Under the pieces are notes generated by a model. The model was not told where the DNA came from. It saw only the letters and a list, made by a program, of their open reading frames with translations, and ran no database searches. 63,943 nt of DNA from Bacteroidales bacterium (lineage in GTDB: Bacteria; Bacteroidota; Bacteroidia; Bacteroidales; CAIWKO01): contig JAGNBV010000003.1 in the NCBI GenBank assembly GCA_018004645.1, forward strand, positions 1-63,943. Direction: 5' to 3'. The number at the start of each line of letters is the position of its first letter. Positions within the stretch are counted from its first letter, which is position 1. The position numbers and the translations under genes are program-made. Shown in pieces: positions 29,901 to 37,306 of this stretch.

Positions 29901-30752
29901 GAATAATATCAGTATCGCAATACCCAGGGTAACGACCACGTCTTTCTTTAGTTGCACGGAGTTTCCCACGGAAGCCGCTACCGTTCCGTAATACTGTATG
30001 GTAAGCGATTCCCTGCCGGTATTTGCCTTATGCTCCCGGATGATATTGTCAAGTTCTTTGATGAGCTTTTTGTTATGAAAACTTTCGTTGGCGGGATAAC
30101 TGGATTGAACAAACATCAACAGGTGGCGGAGGTCCTGCGAAAAAATATGGTTTTTATAAATCCTGAAATTGCTGCCAATGCCAGGCATGCGCATTTTTTC
30201 CATTGCCAAACTGCCAATGTTGAGCGGGTCGCTGACAATTTGTTTTTTCAGGAAGGTTCCGGCAGGGGAAAGCAGTAGTTTATAGTTGCTGAGCATTACC
30301 GAGTCAATATGTTCCGGAGTCAGCATTTTCTCTATACGATCATAATCTTCTCTGTCAAGGAAAAAAGGAAGATTTCTGAGAATTAAATCATAGGTGCCGG
30401 CAAAATAATTGTCGTCAAACTTGCAGGTAATATTTTTCACCATACCCTGAACCTGCAGGTTTTCGAGGTTCCGGTTGACTTCTCCGGCATAGGAAATAAG
30501 TTTGTCGGGATCAGCTTCAGGATTGTTATCCGTAAGGATAATACCAAGGTCGTTCCCAGAATTTACCATGCGTAACACCTCATGAATATTTTCAGTAGCT
30601 TTTGTTTTGGGTAAAAAATCGGTGATGTCTTCGCTGACCCTTATTCGTGTTGCCATAAACAGAAAAAACGCAACTAAAAGAAACAAAACCACAAATAACA
30701 AAAACCTTCGTTGCCTGAAAAAATCATATATTTTAAGAAATATAAAACTCAT
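26904..30752 (-). CDS. Three-domain fusion of an MMPL/RND-like exporter, a PlsC-type acyltransferase and a class I SAM methyltransferase (1282 aa)
   Basis: About 830 N-terminal aa form two TM bundles separated by large soluble loops, which is exporter-like. HX4D motif ANHQSIIDIP (about nt 28025-28045) and FPEGTRS (about nt 27826-27845) mark the acyltransferase. IIDIGCGYGYLS (about nt 27385-27412) is methyltransferase motif I. Confidence 0.7.
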   Translation of the reverse strand: MSFIFLKIYDFFRQRRFLLFVVLFLLVAFFLFMATRIRVSEDITDFLPKTKATENIHEVLRMVNSGNDLGIILTDNNPEADPDKLISYAGEVNRNLENLQVQGMVKNITCKFDDNYFAGTYDLILRNLPFFLDREDYDRIEKMLTPEHIDSVMLSNYKLLLSPAGTFLKKQIVSDPLNIGSLAMEKMRMPGIGSNFRIYKNHIFSQDLRHLLMFVQSSYPANESFHNKKLIKELDNIIREHKANTGRESLTIQYYGTVAASVGNSVQLKKDVVVTLGIAILILFIFFSVFFRKKTTFILVLIPVVFGGLFSMAILSLLNDDISLIALGAGSIILGVALTYSIHFFSHYRHTGSVRQVIKDLSLPLTLGSVTTIGAFLGLLFVRSEVLNDFGLAAAMCLLGSVLCTLIFLPFIIKHKNEETGGPSKTNIIDRISAYHPERNPYLIVALAVITVFLFFMAGKPGFETDMNTLGYTPEKLRQAETTLQHISGDASRQVFLISKGDNLNAALQHNENACRKIMDLKLSKAFCQIQSVSPLLPSDSMQQVKAGLWKEFWNNKRRQNTKNHLAESARQYDFSEDAFHDFYSLLDKNYSCISPGDFGWLKEHFAQPYIHHDEKNNYVFSPLKIKNQRYDQVLAAIPETTNTLVVEPSNILTQFIEIIKKDFNTILLISSLLVFLFLLISYGRIELAITAFIPMLISWVWILGFMSLFHIKFNIFSIIISAFIFGLGDDFSIFIMDGLLQKYKKGIDLLDSYKTAVLLSAFTMFVGIGVLIFAKHPALRSIALLTIIGMFSVVFCSYTIAPALFRVLVYKKNKFRKFPLTAYGISYAVVCYTYFLLGCIITALLGLTIYKVLPVSKKKRQLLYHQTLYGVCRSTMYLMYFTKKKIINFTPGTLKEPAVIIANHQSIIDIPLFLMFSPKVIMITNDAFYNSKLIGIIVKLGGFLPASLGYDVIAQKIKPVAEAGYSVIIFPEGTRSTDGHIGRFHKGAFYLAEQLHMDILPIVSHGTGNYIAKDDLLGKKSLITVKFLDRIKPGDTAMGANYTERTKNIQHHFRQEHQKLLNDYYSDTRLYRDILIKNFIYKGPVLEWYTRIKSKLENNYSQYNDIIPRDARIIDIGCGYGYLSMMLAWVSPKRKIVAIDYDRDKIDVASHCLSKPPNVMFSHEDITSYEFGNSDVFILSDVLHYLTPENQFGILHQCVDRLNAGGIILIRDANKDSERQHRKTRWTEFMSTNFGFNKTANDKLHFFSAARLADIAASLNVNVQIIKNPRITSNTLYLIKK

Positions 30753-30758
30753 GCTGCG

Positions 30759-31586
30759 CTAAGGTTGGTTATTGGTGGGATTTTTTGCAGTTTTTTTTTG
30801 CCGGGTAGCAACATCGAACGTCATTTTTTTCTTTATAAATTTCAGCAGTGCTAAAGGTTTAATAATAAAGAAAGCTAAAAAAACCAGTATCGTGTTTAAA
30901 ACGCTTATTCTGAAAAAATCGCTGAACGGCCTGAAGTGCGAAACACGTTCACCGGCCGGTGGATAATAGACACTCACAGGGATGGGTATGGTCCTGATGC
31001 CACTCCAGGCCGAACGTACCAGCACTTCCACTTCAAATTCATATTTCCGGCCAAAAAATCTTTTTTTGTGTAACAGGTACAAGGGATAGGCCCTGAAGCC
31101 TGATTGCGTGTCGGGCAGTTTACGGCCGGTTTCAATATAAAACCAGAAGTTCGAAAACTTATTGCCAAAACTGTTTTTTGCCGGCATGTTTTCCGTTTGC
31201 AGGTTCCTTGACCCGATGATGATTGCTCCAGGCACTTCCATTATTTTCTTCAGAAAAGCAGGCAGGTCGGATGCGAAATGCTGTCCGTCGGCATCTATGC
31301 TTATCCCATACCGAAAACCCATGCTATGTGCATACCTGATGGCTTTTCGCAGCGCATAGCCCTTGCCTTTGTTTTTTTTATTATCCAAAATATGAATGCC
31401 GGAAAAGCTTTCCAGAATCTTCCCTGTTTTATCGGTCGATCCGTCGTTAACAACGATGATGTTGCCCGTGTATTCAAGCACCTCCGACAATACCTTGCCG
31501 ATGGTGCCGGCGTTGTTATACGTCGGCATAATCACACAACAGTGCAGTTCATCGAAAACAGCTTTTATGTCAGCCAGGTCATCCAT
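30759..31586 (-). CDS. Family 2 glycosyltransferase (polyprenol-phosphate glycosyltransferase-like, C-terminal TM helix)
   Basis: VIMPTYNNAGTI, VVNDGSTDKT, SIDADGQH (DxD). The ATG at 31586 gives an 8-nt overlap with the upstream gene. The track TTG start at 31619 would overlap by 41 nt. Confidence 0.75.
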   Translation of the reverse strand: MDDLADIKAVFDELHCCVIMPTYNNAGTIGKVLSEVLEYTGNIIVVNDGSTDKTGKILESFSGIHILDNKKNKGKGYALRKAIRYAHSMGFRYGISIDADGQHFASDLPAFLKKIMEVPGAIIIGSRNLQTENMPAKNSFGNKFSNFWFYIETGRKLPDTQSGFRAYPLYLLHKKRFFGRKYEFEVEVLVRSAWSGIRTIPIPVSVYYPPAGERVSHFRPFSDFFRISVLNTILVFLAFFIIKPLALLKFIKKKMTFDVATRQKKTAKNPTNNQP

Positions 31587-33252
31587 CGGTTGCGCAGGTT
31601 TTTTTTTCACAAAGATCAAGGTGTTTGCGGATTTCCTCTTTCTCCTTTTTGGTAGGGATTTCTTTTTGGAGGGCTATACGATAATAAGAAGTTGCATGTG
31701 TATAGTCTTTTCTCCTACGGAGGTAATCGCCGGCGGTGCTGTAGGATAAAAAGTATTCAGGGTTAAGGCCAATCATTTCTTCAATCAAAGCATTCACTAT
31801 GCCTTGATTTTCATGAGTTGCGAGCAACTCTTTCCTAATTTGCTTGAATCTTTCAAATTTCTCAAATTCTCCGTTGGTCAGCATGGGATCGCCCGGTATT
31901 ACAAGGGTTTCTGTGATTATATTACAGGTATCCTTGATGGATGAGGGCTTCCCGAATACCGTATTCAGGTCATAACATAAGAATTCTCCAAGGTTGAACG
32001 GCCCTGATGAAACCCACATTTTTAATTCGCCGGGCTTGAAAATGATGGCGTGATGGGCCAGCAGCTGGTTAAGGGTGTATTCGTTGCCGTTACCTATCGG
32101 CTTATCCTCCAACCCTAGGCGATTTCTTAGTATCCCTACGGCTTTTTCAACTGTAATTTGCCCGCTTCGTTCAAACAACTCACGGGTTCTTTGGTACCGG
32201 TACATTGAGGCCGTATCGTTGATCTGCCGTATGTTCATCGGGTCTTTTTTAAGGGCCTCCGACTGAAAGTGGTTGGTGCAGATAATCTGGCCGTTGTCCG
32301 GTTCAAAAATTTCGGTCCGGTAAGGAGTTTTTTCGATAATCAGTGCTTTGTTATCCCTGCCGGAGCTTACCAGAAAAGATTCGGATACTGAAATTCTGCG
32401 CTTGCGGGCAATTGCCACGGCCTCTTCGATAGTGCCGGCATATTGCAGCATTTCCCTGACCAGTATGGTAACCGGTGTGGAGATACTGCGGGGCATTTTT
32501 GATTTGGCTGCATTTACCGTAATGGCCAGACCTTGCATATTCATGCCCGAAACTGTTCCTACCAGGCCGCCCCAGGTGATCATGGCGAATTTGTTGCCCC
32601 GGTCGGGCGCGTAAAAAGAAATAATTTTCTCTTTGCAAAACTCATCACCGGCGTAAAAATCAAAATTCCGTGCATGTAACAGGTTGCCGTCGGGCGTGTG
32701 TTTTCCTGAAGCAACAAATGCTGTGCACCCGACCAGGTTGATATTCACCAGGGCGTGGGCTATATCGTGAGCCGCATGGTAATTGAGTATGCGCAAATAA
32801 GCAGGGCCTATCATCCGGAACCTGGCTGATGCCGAAAGAGAAACCCCGTAAATTTCAAGATCGTATTCCTTGCTGATATTTCCCTTTAACTTGCGGTTCA
32901 TCCATAAAGAAACAATTTTAAGAAACTGAAGGTAAAAGTTGTTGGGTATCCTTCTTTTTATCTCTTCAATAAAAAGGTTTTCCTGAGTATAGATCAGCTT
33001 TTCGGTCAGCCGGCCATTAATGATGCCGCGCTCATAAGGCGCTCCTTCAATGTACATTTCATAAAGCCCTCTCGAATTGAGGTGGCACCAATTATTGCCC
33101 AATTGAAGCATACGGTCGGATTTTTGCACGGGCTGATAATCGGTCAGGTCTGTGGCAGGAACCGCCGGATGCCTTTTGTAAGCACGTAAAAAATAAATTA
33201 GAATCACAGCAACAGTCAGCAGTAACAGGCCAATAAGTATATTCAATACCAT
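31579..33252 (-). CDS. C45-family (acyl-CoA:6-aminopenicillanic-acid acyltransferase-like) Ntn-hydrolase-fold protein with an N-terminal TM anchor and a C-terminal TPR-like tail
   Basis: N-terminal TM helix. LVG-CTAFVASGKHTPDGNLLHARNFDF fits the Gly-Cys autoprocessing/nucleophile site of C45/Ntn enzymes. The C-terminal YLRRRKDYTHATSYYRIALQ is TPR-like. Confidence 0.55.
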   Translation of the reverse strand: MVLNILIGLLLLTVAVILIYFLRAYKRHPAVPATDLTDYQPVQKSDRMLQLGNNWCHLNSRGLYEMYIEGAPYERGIINGRLTEKLIYTQENLFIEEIKRRIPNNFYLQFLKIVSLWMNRKLKGNISKEYDLEIYGVSLSASARFRMIGPAYLRILNYHAAHDIAHALVNINLVGCTAFVASGKHTPDGNLLHARNFDFYAGDEFCKEKIISFYAPDRGNKFAMITWGGLVGTVSGMNMQGLAITVNAAKSKMPRSISTPVTILVREMLQYAGTIEEAVAIARKRRISVSESFLVSSGRDNKALIIEKTPYRTEIFEPDNGQIICTNHFQSEALKKDPMNIRQINDTASMYRYQRTRELFERSGQITVEKAVGILRNRLGLEDKPIGNGNEYTLNQLLAHHAIIFKPGELKMWVSSGPFNLGEFLCYDLNTVFGKPSSIKDTCNIITETLVIPGDPMLTNGEFEKFERFKQIRKELLATHENQGIVNALIEEMIGLNPEYFLSYSTAGDYLRRRKDYTHATSYYRIALQKEIPTKKEKEEIRKHLDLCEKKTCATDG

Positions 33253-33300
33253 TCCATTATCTTTAGCTTACAAAATTATCTTTTTTTGGATTGCCGCTGT

Positions 33301-34062
33301 TCAAAAATCACCTTGATGGTACTGTGCGCTGAGCTGTTTGAATTCAGTACGCATTAGCCGCATGACATTATCAGTGAGTTCCTGGTAAGTGGCGCCATAT
33401 CCGGGACTTTCCACGGTTACCGGATCAAGAAATTTTACTAAGACATCACCGTGCTTGAGGTAAAACCAGCTTTTTTTCAGTATTTGCGGCGAATAAAATA
33501 TCACTACGGGCTGTATGTCCATCCTGAGTTTTTCTGCAACAAAAAATCCTCCTTTGTGAAAACGCGATATCGTTCCGTCTTTATTCATTTTACCTTCGGG
33601 AAATATCAGTAACGGACATCCCATTTTTACAGGTGTCCTGAGCTCTTCAACCAGCAGTTTTTTTTCTTTGTAAATAGAAAACAGGTTTATATATTTTGTA
33701 AGGAAAAACCTGGCCCAGACATTATCATGCCAGTTGTTGTTGAGTACACAAACTTTTGAATCGAAAGCCGTAGTAACCACTACATCGGTAAACGACTGAT
33801 GGTTGCATACTATCATTACCGGCTTATCAAAGGTATTTTTCTTTTTATTGATATATCGTACCCGGATATTAAAATGCGTTTTAATCACAAAGCGTGCATA
33901 CCCTACTAACAGCCGGGTGTAAAAATCATCAGCTTTCTTTTTTTTGTGTGTAAAAGGCGCAGGAATCAATAAGGTAAATACCTGTGAAGTGATGATGAAA
34001 ATTATAAACGAAACCAGTCCTTTGAAGAGTATCAATAGTTTTTTTAGTTCTTGTGTTGCCAT
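33301..34062 (-). CDS. PlsC/LPLAT-family lysophospholipid (1-acyl-glycerol-3-phosphate-type) acyltransferase
   Basis: TM anchor, HX4D motif CNHQSFTDV, and the FPEGKMN motif. Confidence 0.75.
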   Translation of the reverse strand: MATQELKKLLILFKGLVSFIIFIITSQVFTLLIPAPFTHKKKKADDFYTRLLVGYARFVIKTHFNIRVRYINKKKNTFDKPVMIVCNHQSFTDVVVTTAFDSKVCVLNNNWHDNVWARFFLTKYINLFSIYKEKKLLVEELRTPVKMGCPLLIFPEGKMNKDGTISRFHKGGFFVAEKLRMDIQPVVIFYSPQILKKSWFYLKHGDVLVKFLDPVTVESPGYGATYQELTDNVMRLMRTEFKQLSAQYHQGDF

Positions 34063-34128
34063 TTAAAATCTGGAGAGTCAATCTTTTTGTGTAAATGAAC
34101 CGATTTCTTTTCAACGGATATTTTCCTG

Positions 34129-34138
34129 TTGTGCACAA
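34129..34138. promoter_or_regulatory. Perfect 10-bp palindrome TTGTGCACAA upstream of the first cluster gene (possible operator)
   Basis: Self-complementary decamer 67 nt upstream of the ATG at 34062. Function is purely hypothetical. Confidence 0.15.
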
Positions 34139-34221
34139 AACAATGTCGCCGTTGTGCCGGCAAAGGTAAACAAAATCATTCCCTGAAAAATCTACCTGAA
34201 CATTTTATGAAAAATCAAGCC

Positions 34222-35382
34222 TTACATTTTGATGAATTTTTGAGTAACTTTCTGACCATTTTCACCAATCATGGTTACCCAATATATGCCCTGGCAGAAG
34301 TGGCTGATATCAATACATACCTGCCGGCCTTTATGACAGGAACTAAACAGTTTGTTTCCGGTAATACCCGTAATTTCAATACGTACCTCTTTATCCTCTG
34401 CAAAGCTAATATTCAGTTGGCCTGAGGCAGGGTTGGGGAATAAGGTCATAGCAGGCAGCGAGCATTCATTGGTGTTTATCGCTGATGGATTGATGGTGCA
34501 ACTGTGGATGCGGGTAACTTTCGTGGAGTTGTTTAATGAATCAAGGAAGTTGTTCCATGAAGCGTTGTTTCCTTTTAAAAAGTAATCCAGATAAGGCATA
34601 ACAAAATTCATGGCCGTAAGCTGCTGTTCGGCCCGCGACAAGGGTACACCGCCGGGATGACAGCTTTCTTCACCTGTAGTGCATATAAAATTGTAGTCGG
34701 CAAAGTTACAGTGTCCGCCGTTTTTGATGCTGATAAAGGTTTTACATGGTGAAGAAAGCGAATCGAACATGGGTGTCTGGTGTTCATCGGGTGGCGCCAC
34801 ACAATCCATTTCGCCTGCTATTACCATGGCCGGGATGCTAACATTGGTGGCCGCATGAATTGACGATGGGTTGGTATTGGCAGCGGCAAAGGTAACCATC
34901 ACGTTAGGTACGGAATTGTTTTCGCAGGCCAGGAATGCAGCACCGCCACCCATCGAATGCCCCATAATGGCGGAGGTGGCGCTGACTTTCTGATAAAAAG
35001 GCGACGAGCTGTTTGTCCCTTCTGATTTTAATTGATTGATAAGGAAAGCAAGGTCACGACCAAATTCCAAATGATCTGGTGTTCCGCTTTCTGTTTTAGG
35101 CAGGGCCACGATATATCCCATGGGAACGAGGACCGTCCATACATTTTCATATGCCGATACACCCATCAGGAAGCCATGGCCATAAACAACTATGGGGAAT
35201 TGTCCGTTGGCAAGGGCAGCATTGTCGCCCGCCGTGGTTCCCGGATAATAAACTTCTGTTTCGATATTGCGGTTGCTACGCGCCGGATCCTGGAAAGTGA
35301 TGGTGCGGTGGCCAACCTGAAATTGTGCAAAAGAACCTGAAAAATAAGATAACAGGGCAAGAACAAATAAAATTCTTTTCAT
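34222..35382 (-). CDS. Secreted alpha/beta-hydrolase of the dienelactone-hydrolase/cutinase (PETase-like) type with a T9SS type A CTD
   Basis: Signal peptide. Nucleophile elbow GHSMGGG preceded by NSSSPFYQKVS. Candidate acid and His residues in GEMDCVAPP and NGGHCNF. C-terminal LFPNPASGQLNISF...GIYWVTM...KFIKM. Confidence 0.7.
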   Translation of the reverse strand: MKRILFVLALLSYFSGSFAQFQVGHRTITFQDPARSNRNIETEVYYPGTTAGDNAALANGQFPIVVYGHGFLMGVSAYENVWTVLVPMGYIVALPKTESGTPDHLEFGRDLAFLINQLKSEGTNSSSPFYQKVSATSAIMGHSMGGGAAFLACENNSVPNVMVTFAAANTNPSSIHAATNVSIPAMVIAGEMDCVAPPDEHQTPMFDSLSSPCKTFISIKNGGHCNFADYNFICTTGEESCHPGGVPLSRAEQQLTAMNFVMPYLDYFLKGNNASWNNFLDSLNNSTKVTRIHSCTINPSAINTNECSLPAMTLFPNPASGQLNISFAEDKEVRIEITGITGNKLFSSCHKGRQVCIDISHFCQGIYWVTMIGENGQKVTQKFIKM

Positions 35383-35412
35383 TGTTTTGATATTTTCGGG
35401 TTTAGGAATTAA

Positions 35413-35444
35413 TAAAAAAAAAAGAGGCCGTTAAGCCTCTTTTG
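35413..35444 (-). terminator. Rho-independent terminator after the POT transporter gene
   Basis: AGAGGC / GCCTCT stem with a 6-nt loop. On the minus strand the stem is followed by a T11 run (plus-strand A run 35413-35423). It lies 6 nt beyond the stop at 35450. Confidence 0.6.
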
Positions 35445-35449
35445 GAATT

Positions 35450-36979
35450 TTATTTGGCAACTCTTTCCAGCCATCGTAGCATGAAGAACATTGTCCCCAT
35501 CGAAATACAGCAGGCCACGATGAAAACGGTCCATACGCCGGAAATAGGAATAATGTCGTACAATACAGCTCCGATAAACAGCAGCGAGTTTCCGACAGCA
35601 GTGGCACAAAGCCATAATCCCTGCATCATACCCTGATATTTGGGAGGAGCCACTTTCGAAACGAAGGATATTCCCAACGGCGAAATGAAGAGTTCGGCCA
35701 CAGTCAGGATAAAATAAGTGCCTAACAGCAGGAAGGGTGTGATACGCTGAGCATCGGGCAATCCTCCCATTTCTGTAAGTTCGCTTTTTGTAGGAATTCC
35801 CATTGAACCCAGTGCCATTAACAGATAGGCACTTGCAGCGATACCCATTCCGATGGCAATCTTTTTAGGAGTTGAAGGTTCTTTTCCTCTGGCCCGTAAA
35901 GCGCCGAAAACAGCTAAAATCACCGGTGTAAGGAATACAACAAAAAATGGATTAATTGACTGGAACAATTCTGCACCTTTTATTTCGGTAAACCCAAGGT
36001 TAATACTGATTTTGCTCAGGTCTGTGTAGTCTTTTGCAAAATAAGTAAGTGTTAACCCATTCTGATGGAATGAGAACCAGAAGAAAATAACCACGGCAAA
36101 AACTGCAAACAATGCATAAAGGCGCTGCTTGACTTCTTTAGCATCCATTTCTTTAATATTGGCATTGGCAACTTCTTCCTTGGTTTTAGGATTCGGGAAT
36201 TTCTTTTTGTTGGCAATGTAGATAATCAGTGAAATTAACATAGCACAGATTGCTACTGCAAAAGCATAATGAAAACCTGTAGCAAACACGTTAAGGTATT
36301 TATTGGCGAAAGTTGTTATGTCGGTTCCGGCATAATTAAATTGTGCGGCGAATTCCTGAAGTTTGGTTAGGCCTTCTGCGCTGATTGTGTTATTCAGTTG
36401 TGAATGGCACAATTCCGGCATTGCAGAGTTGTATTCAAATCCATGAGACGTTACCCACCAGTTCCTTACGCCTACAGCTGCAAGTGGCGCAAAGATGGCA
36501 CCCACATTGATAAACATATAAAATATGGAAAATCCAGAATCACGTAATTTCCCATATTTTTCGTTGTCGTACATCTGACCGACAAGAGCCTGCAGGTTGC
36601 CTTTGAACAAACCGTTACCGAAGGCAATAACAAACAATCCGCCGCAGGTCATCCCAAGTAAAAGATTAAAAGAATTTTCAGGAACCGGAGTTGATGTAGG
36701 GATAGCAATCAGAAAATACCCGACAGCCATCATAATTAAGCCTATAAGGATAGTGCCTTTAAAGTTCTTGGTTTTATCAGCAATGAGTCCGCCAACAAAG
36801 GCAAGAATGTAAATCGAAAAGTAAAAAATGGAATAAATGATTCCGGCATTGGGGCCTGAAAGACCGAATTTTGCCTGAAGAAACAGCACGAGGATGGCCA
36901 TCATGGTGTAAAACCCGAAACGCTCTCCCATATTAGCCAACGCTGCCGACAATAAACCCTTAGGATGATTTTTAAACAT
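35450..36979 (-). CDS. Proton-dependent oligopeptide transporter (POT/PTR2 family, DtpT-like)
   Basis: N-terminal HPKGLLSAALANMGERFGFYTMMAILVLFL is the POT signature. About 14 TM segments, 509 aa. Confidence 0.85.
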   Translation of the reverse strand: MFKNHPKGLLSAALANMGERFGFYTMMAILVLFLQAKFGLSGPNAGIIYSIFYFSIYILAFVGGLIADKTKNFKGTILIGLIMMAVGYFLIAIPTSTPVPENSFNLLLGMTCGGLFVIAFGNGLFKGNLQALVGQMYDNEKYGKLRDSGFSIFYMFINVGAIFAPLAAVGVRNWWVTSHGFEYNSAMPELCHSQLNNTISAEGLTKLQEFAAQFNYAGTDITTFANKYLNVFATGFHYAFAVAICAMLISLIIYIANKKKFPNPKTKEEVANANIKEMDAKEVKQRLYALFAVFAVVIFFWFSFHQNGLTLTYFAKDYTDLSKISINLGFTEIKGAELFQSINPFFVVFLTPVILAVFGALRARGKEPSTPKKIAIGMGIAASAYLLMALGSMGIPTKSELTEMGGLPDAQRITPFLLLGTYFILTVAELFISPLGISFVSKVAPPKYQGMMQGLWLCATAVGNSLLFIGAVLYDIIPISGVWTVFIVACCISMGTMFFMLRWLERVAK

Positions 36980-37306
36980 AGTTTTTTAGTTTTAAATTAT
37001 AAGGTGCAAACATAGTCAAATTTTTTAATTAGACAAGCATAAATTTTATGTTTCCTTGAAATATGTGGTTTATAAATGTTTATTGATTACGACAATACTG
37101 TAATCCCTTAACCTGAAAAATTCATAAGAATTTTTCACCCTTCGAGCAGACAAAAGAAAATAGGGTAACCCTGCAATGATTGGCTTCTTTATATATTTTC
37201 TTTGTCGGGATTTACCTAACCTGCTGCCCACATCGACCTCCCAAATAAACAAATTTCACTTCTTTCATTTGTGAAAAGGTCTGGTTAAAAATGCAATTTT
37301 TCCAAA

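Noticed and set aside
18778-34221. Cluster carried on a mobile element or genomic island
   Set aside because: No integrase, transposase, tRNA gene, direct-repeat boundaries or phage or conjugation genes flank it. Its neighbours are ordinary chromosomal genes. I could not compute compositional deviation by eye.
37020-37306. 60-aa ORF (37070-37252, minus strand) in the POT-MFS intergenic region
   Set aside because: The translation is basic and low-complexity with no motif or signal. It is probably spurious.
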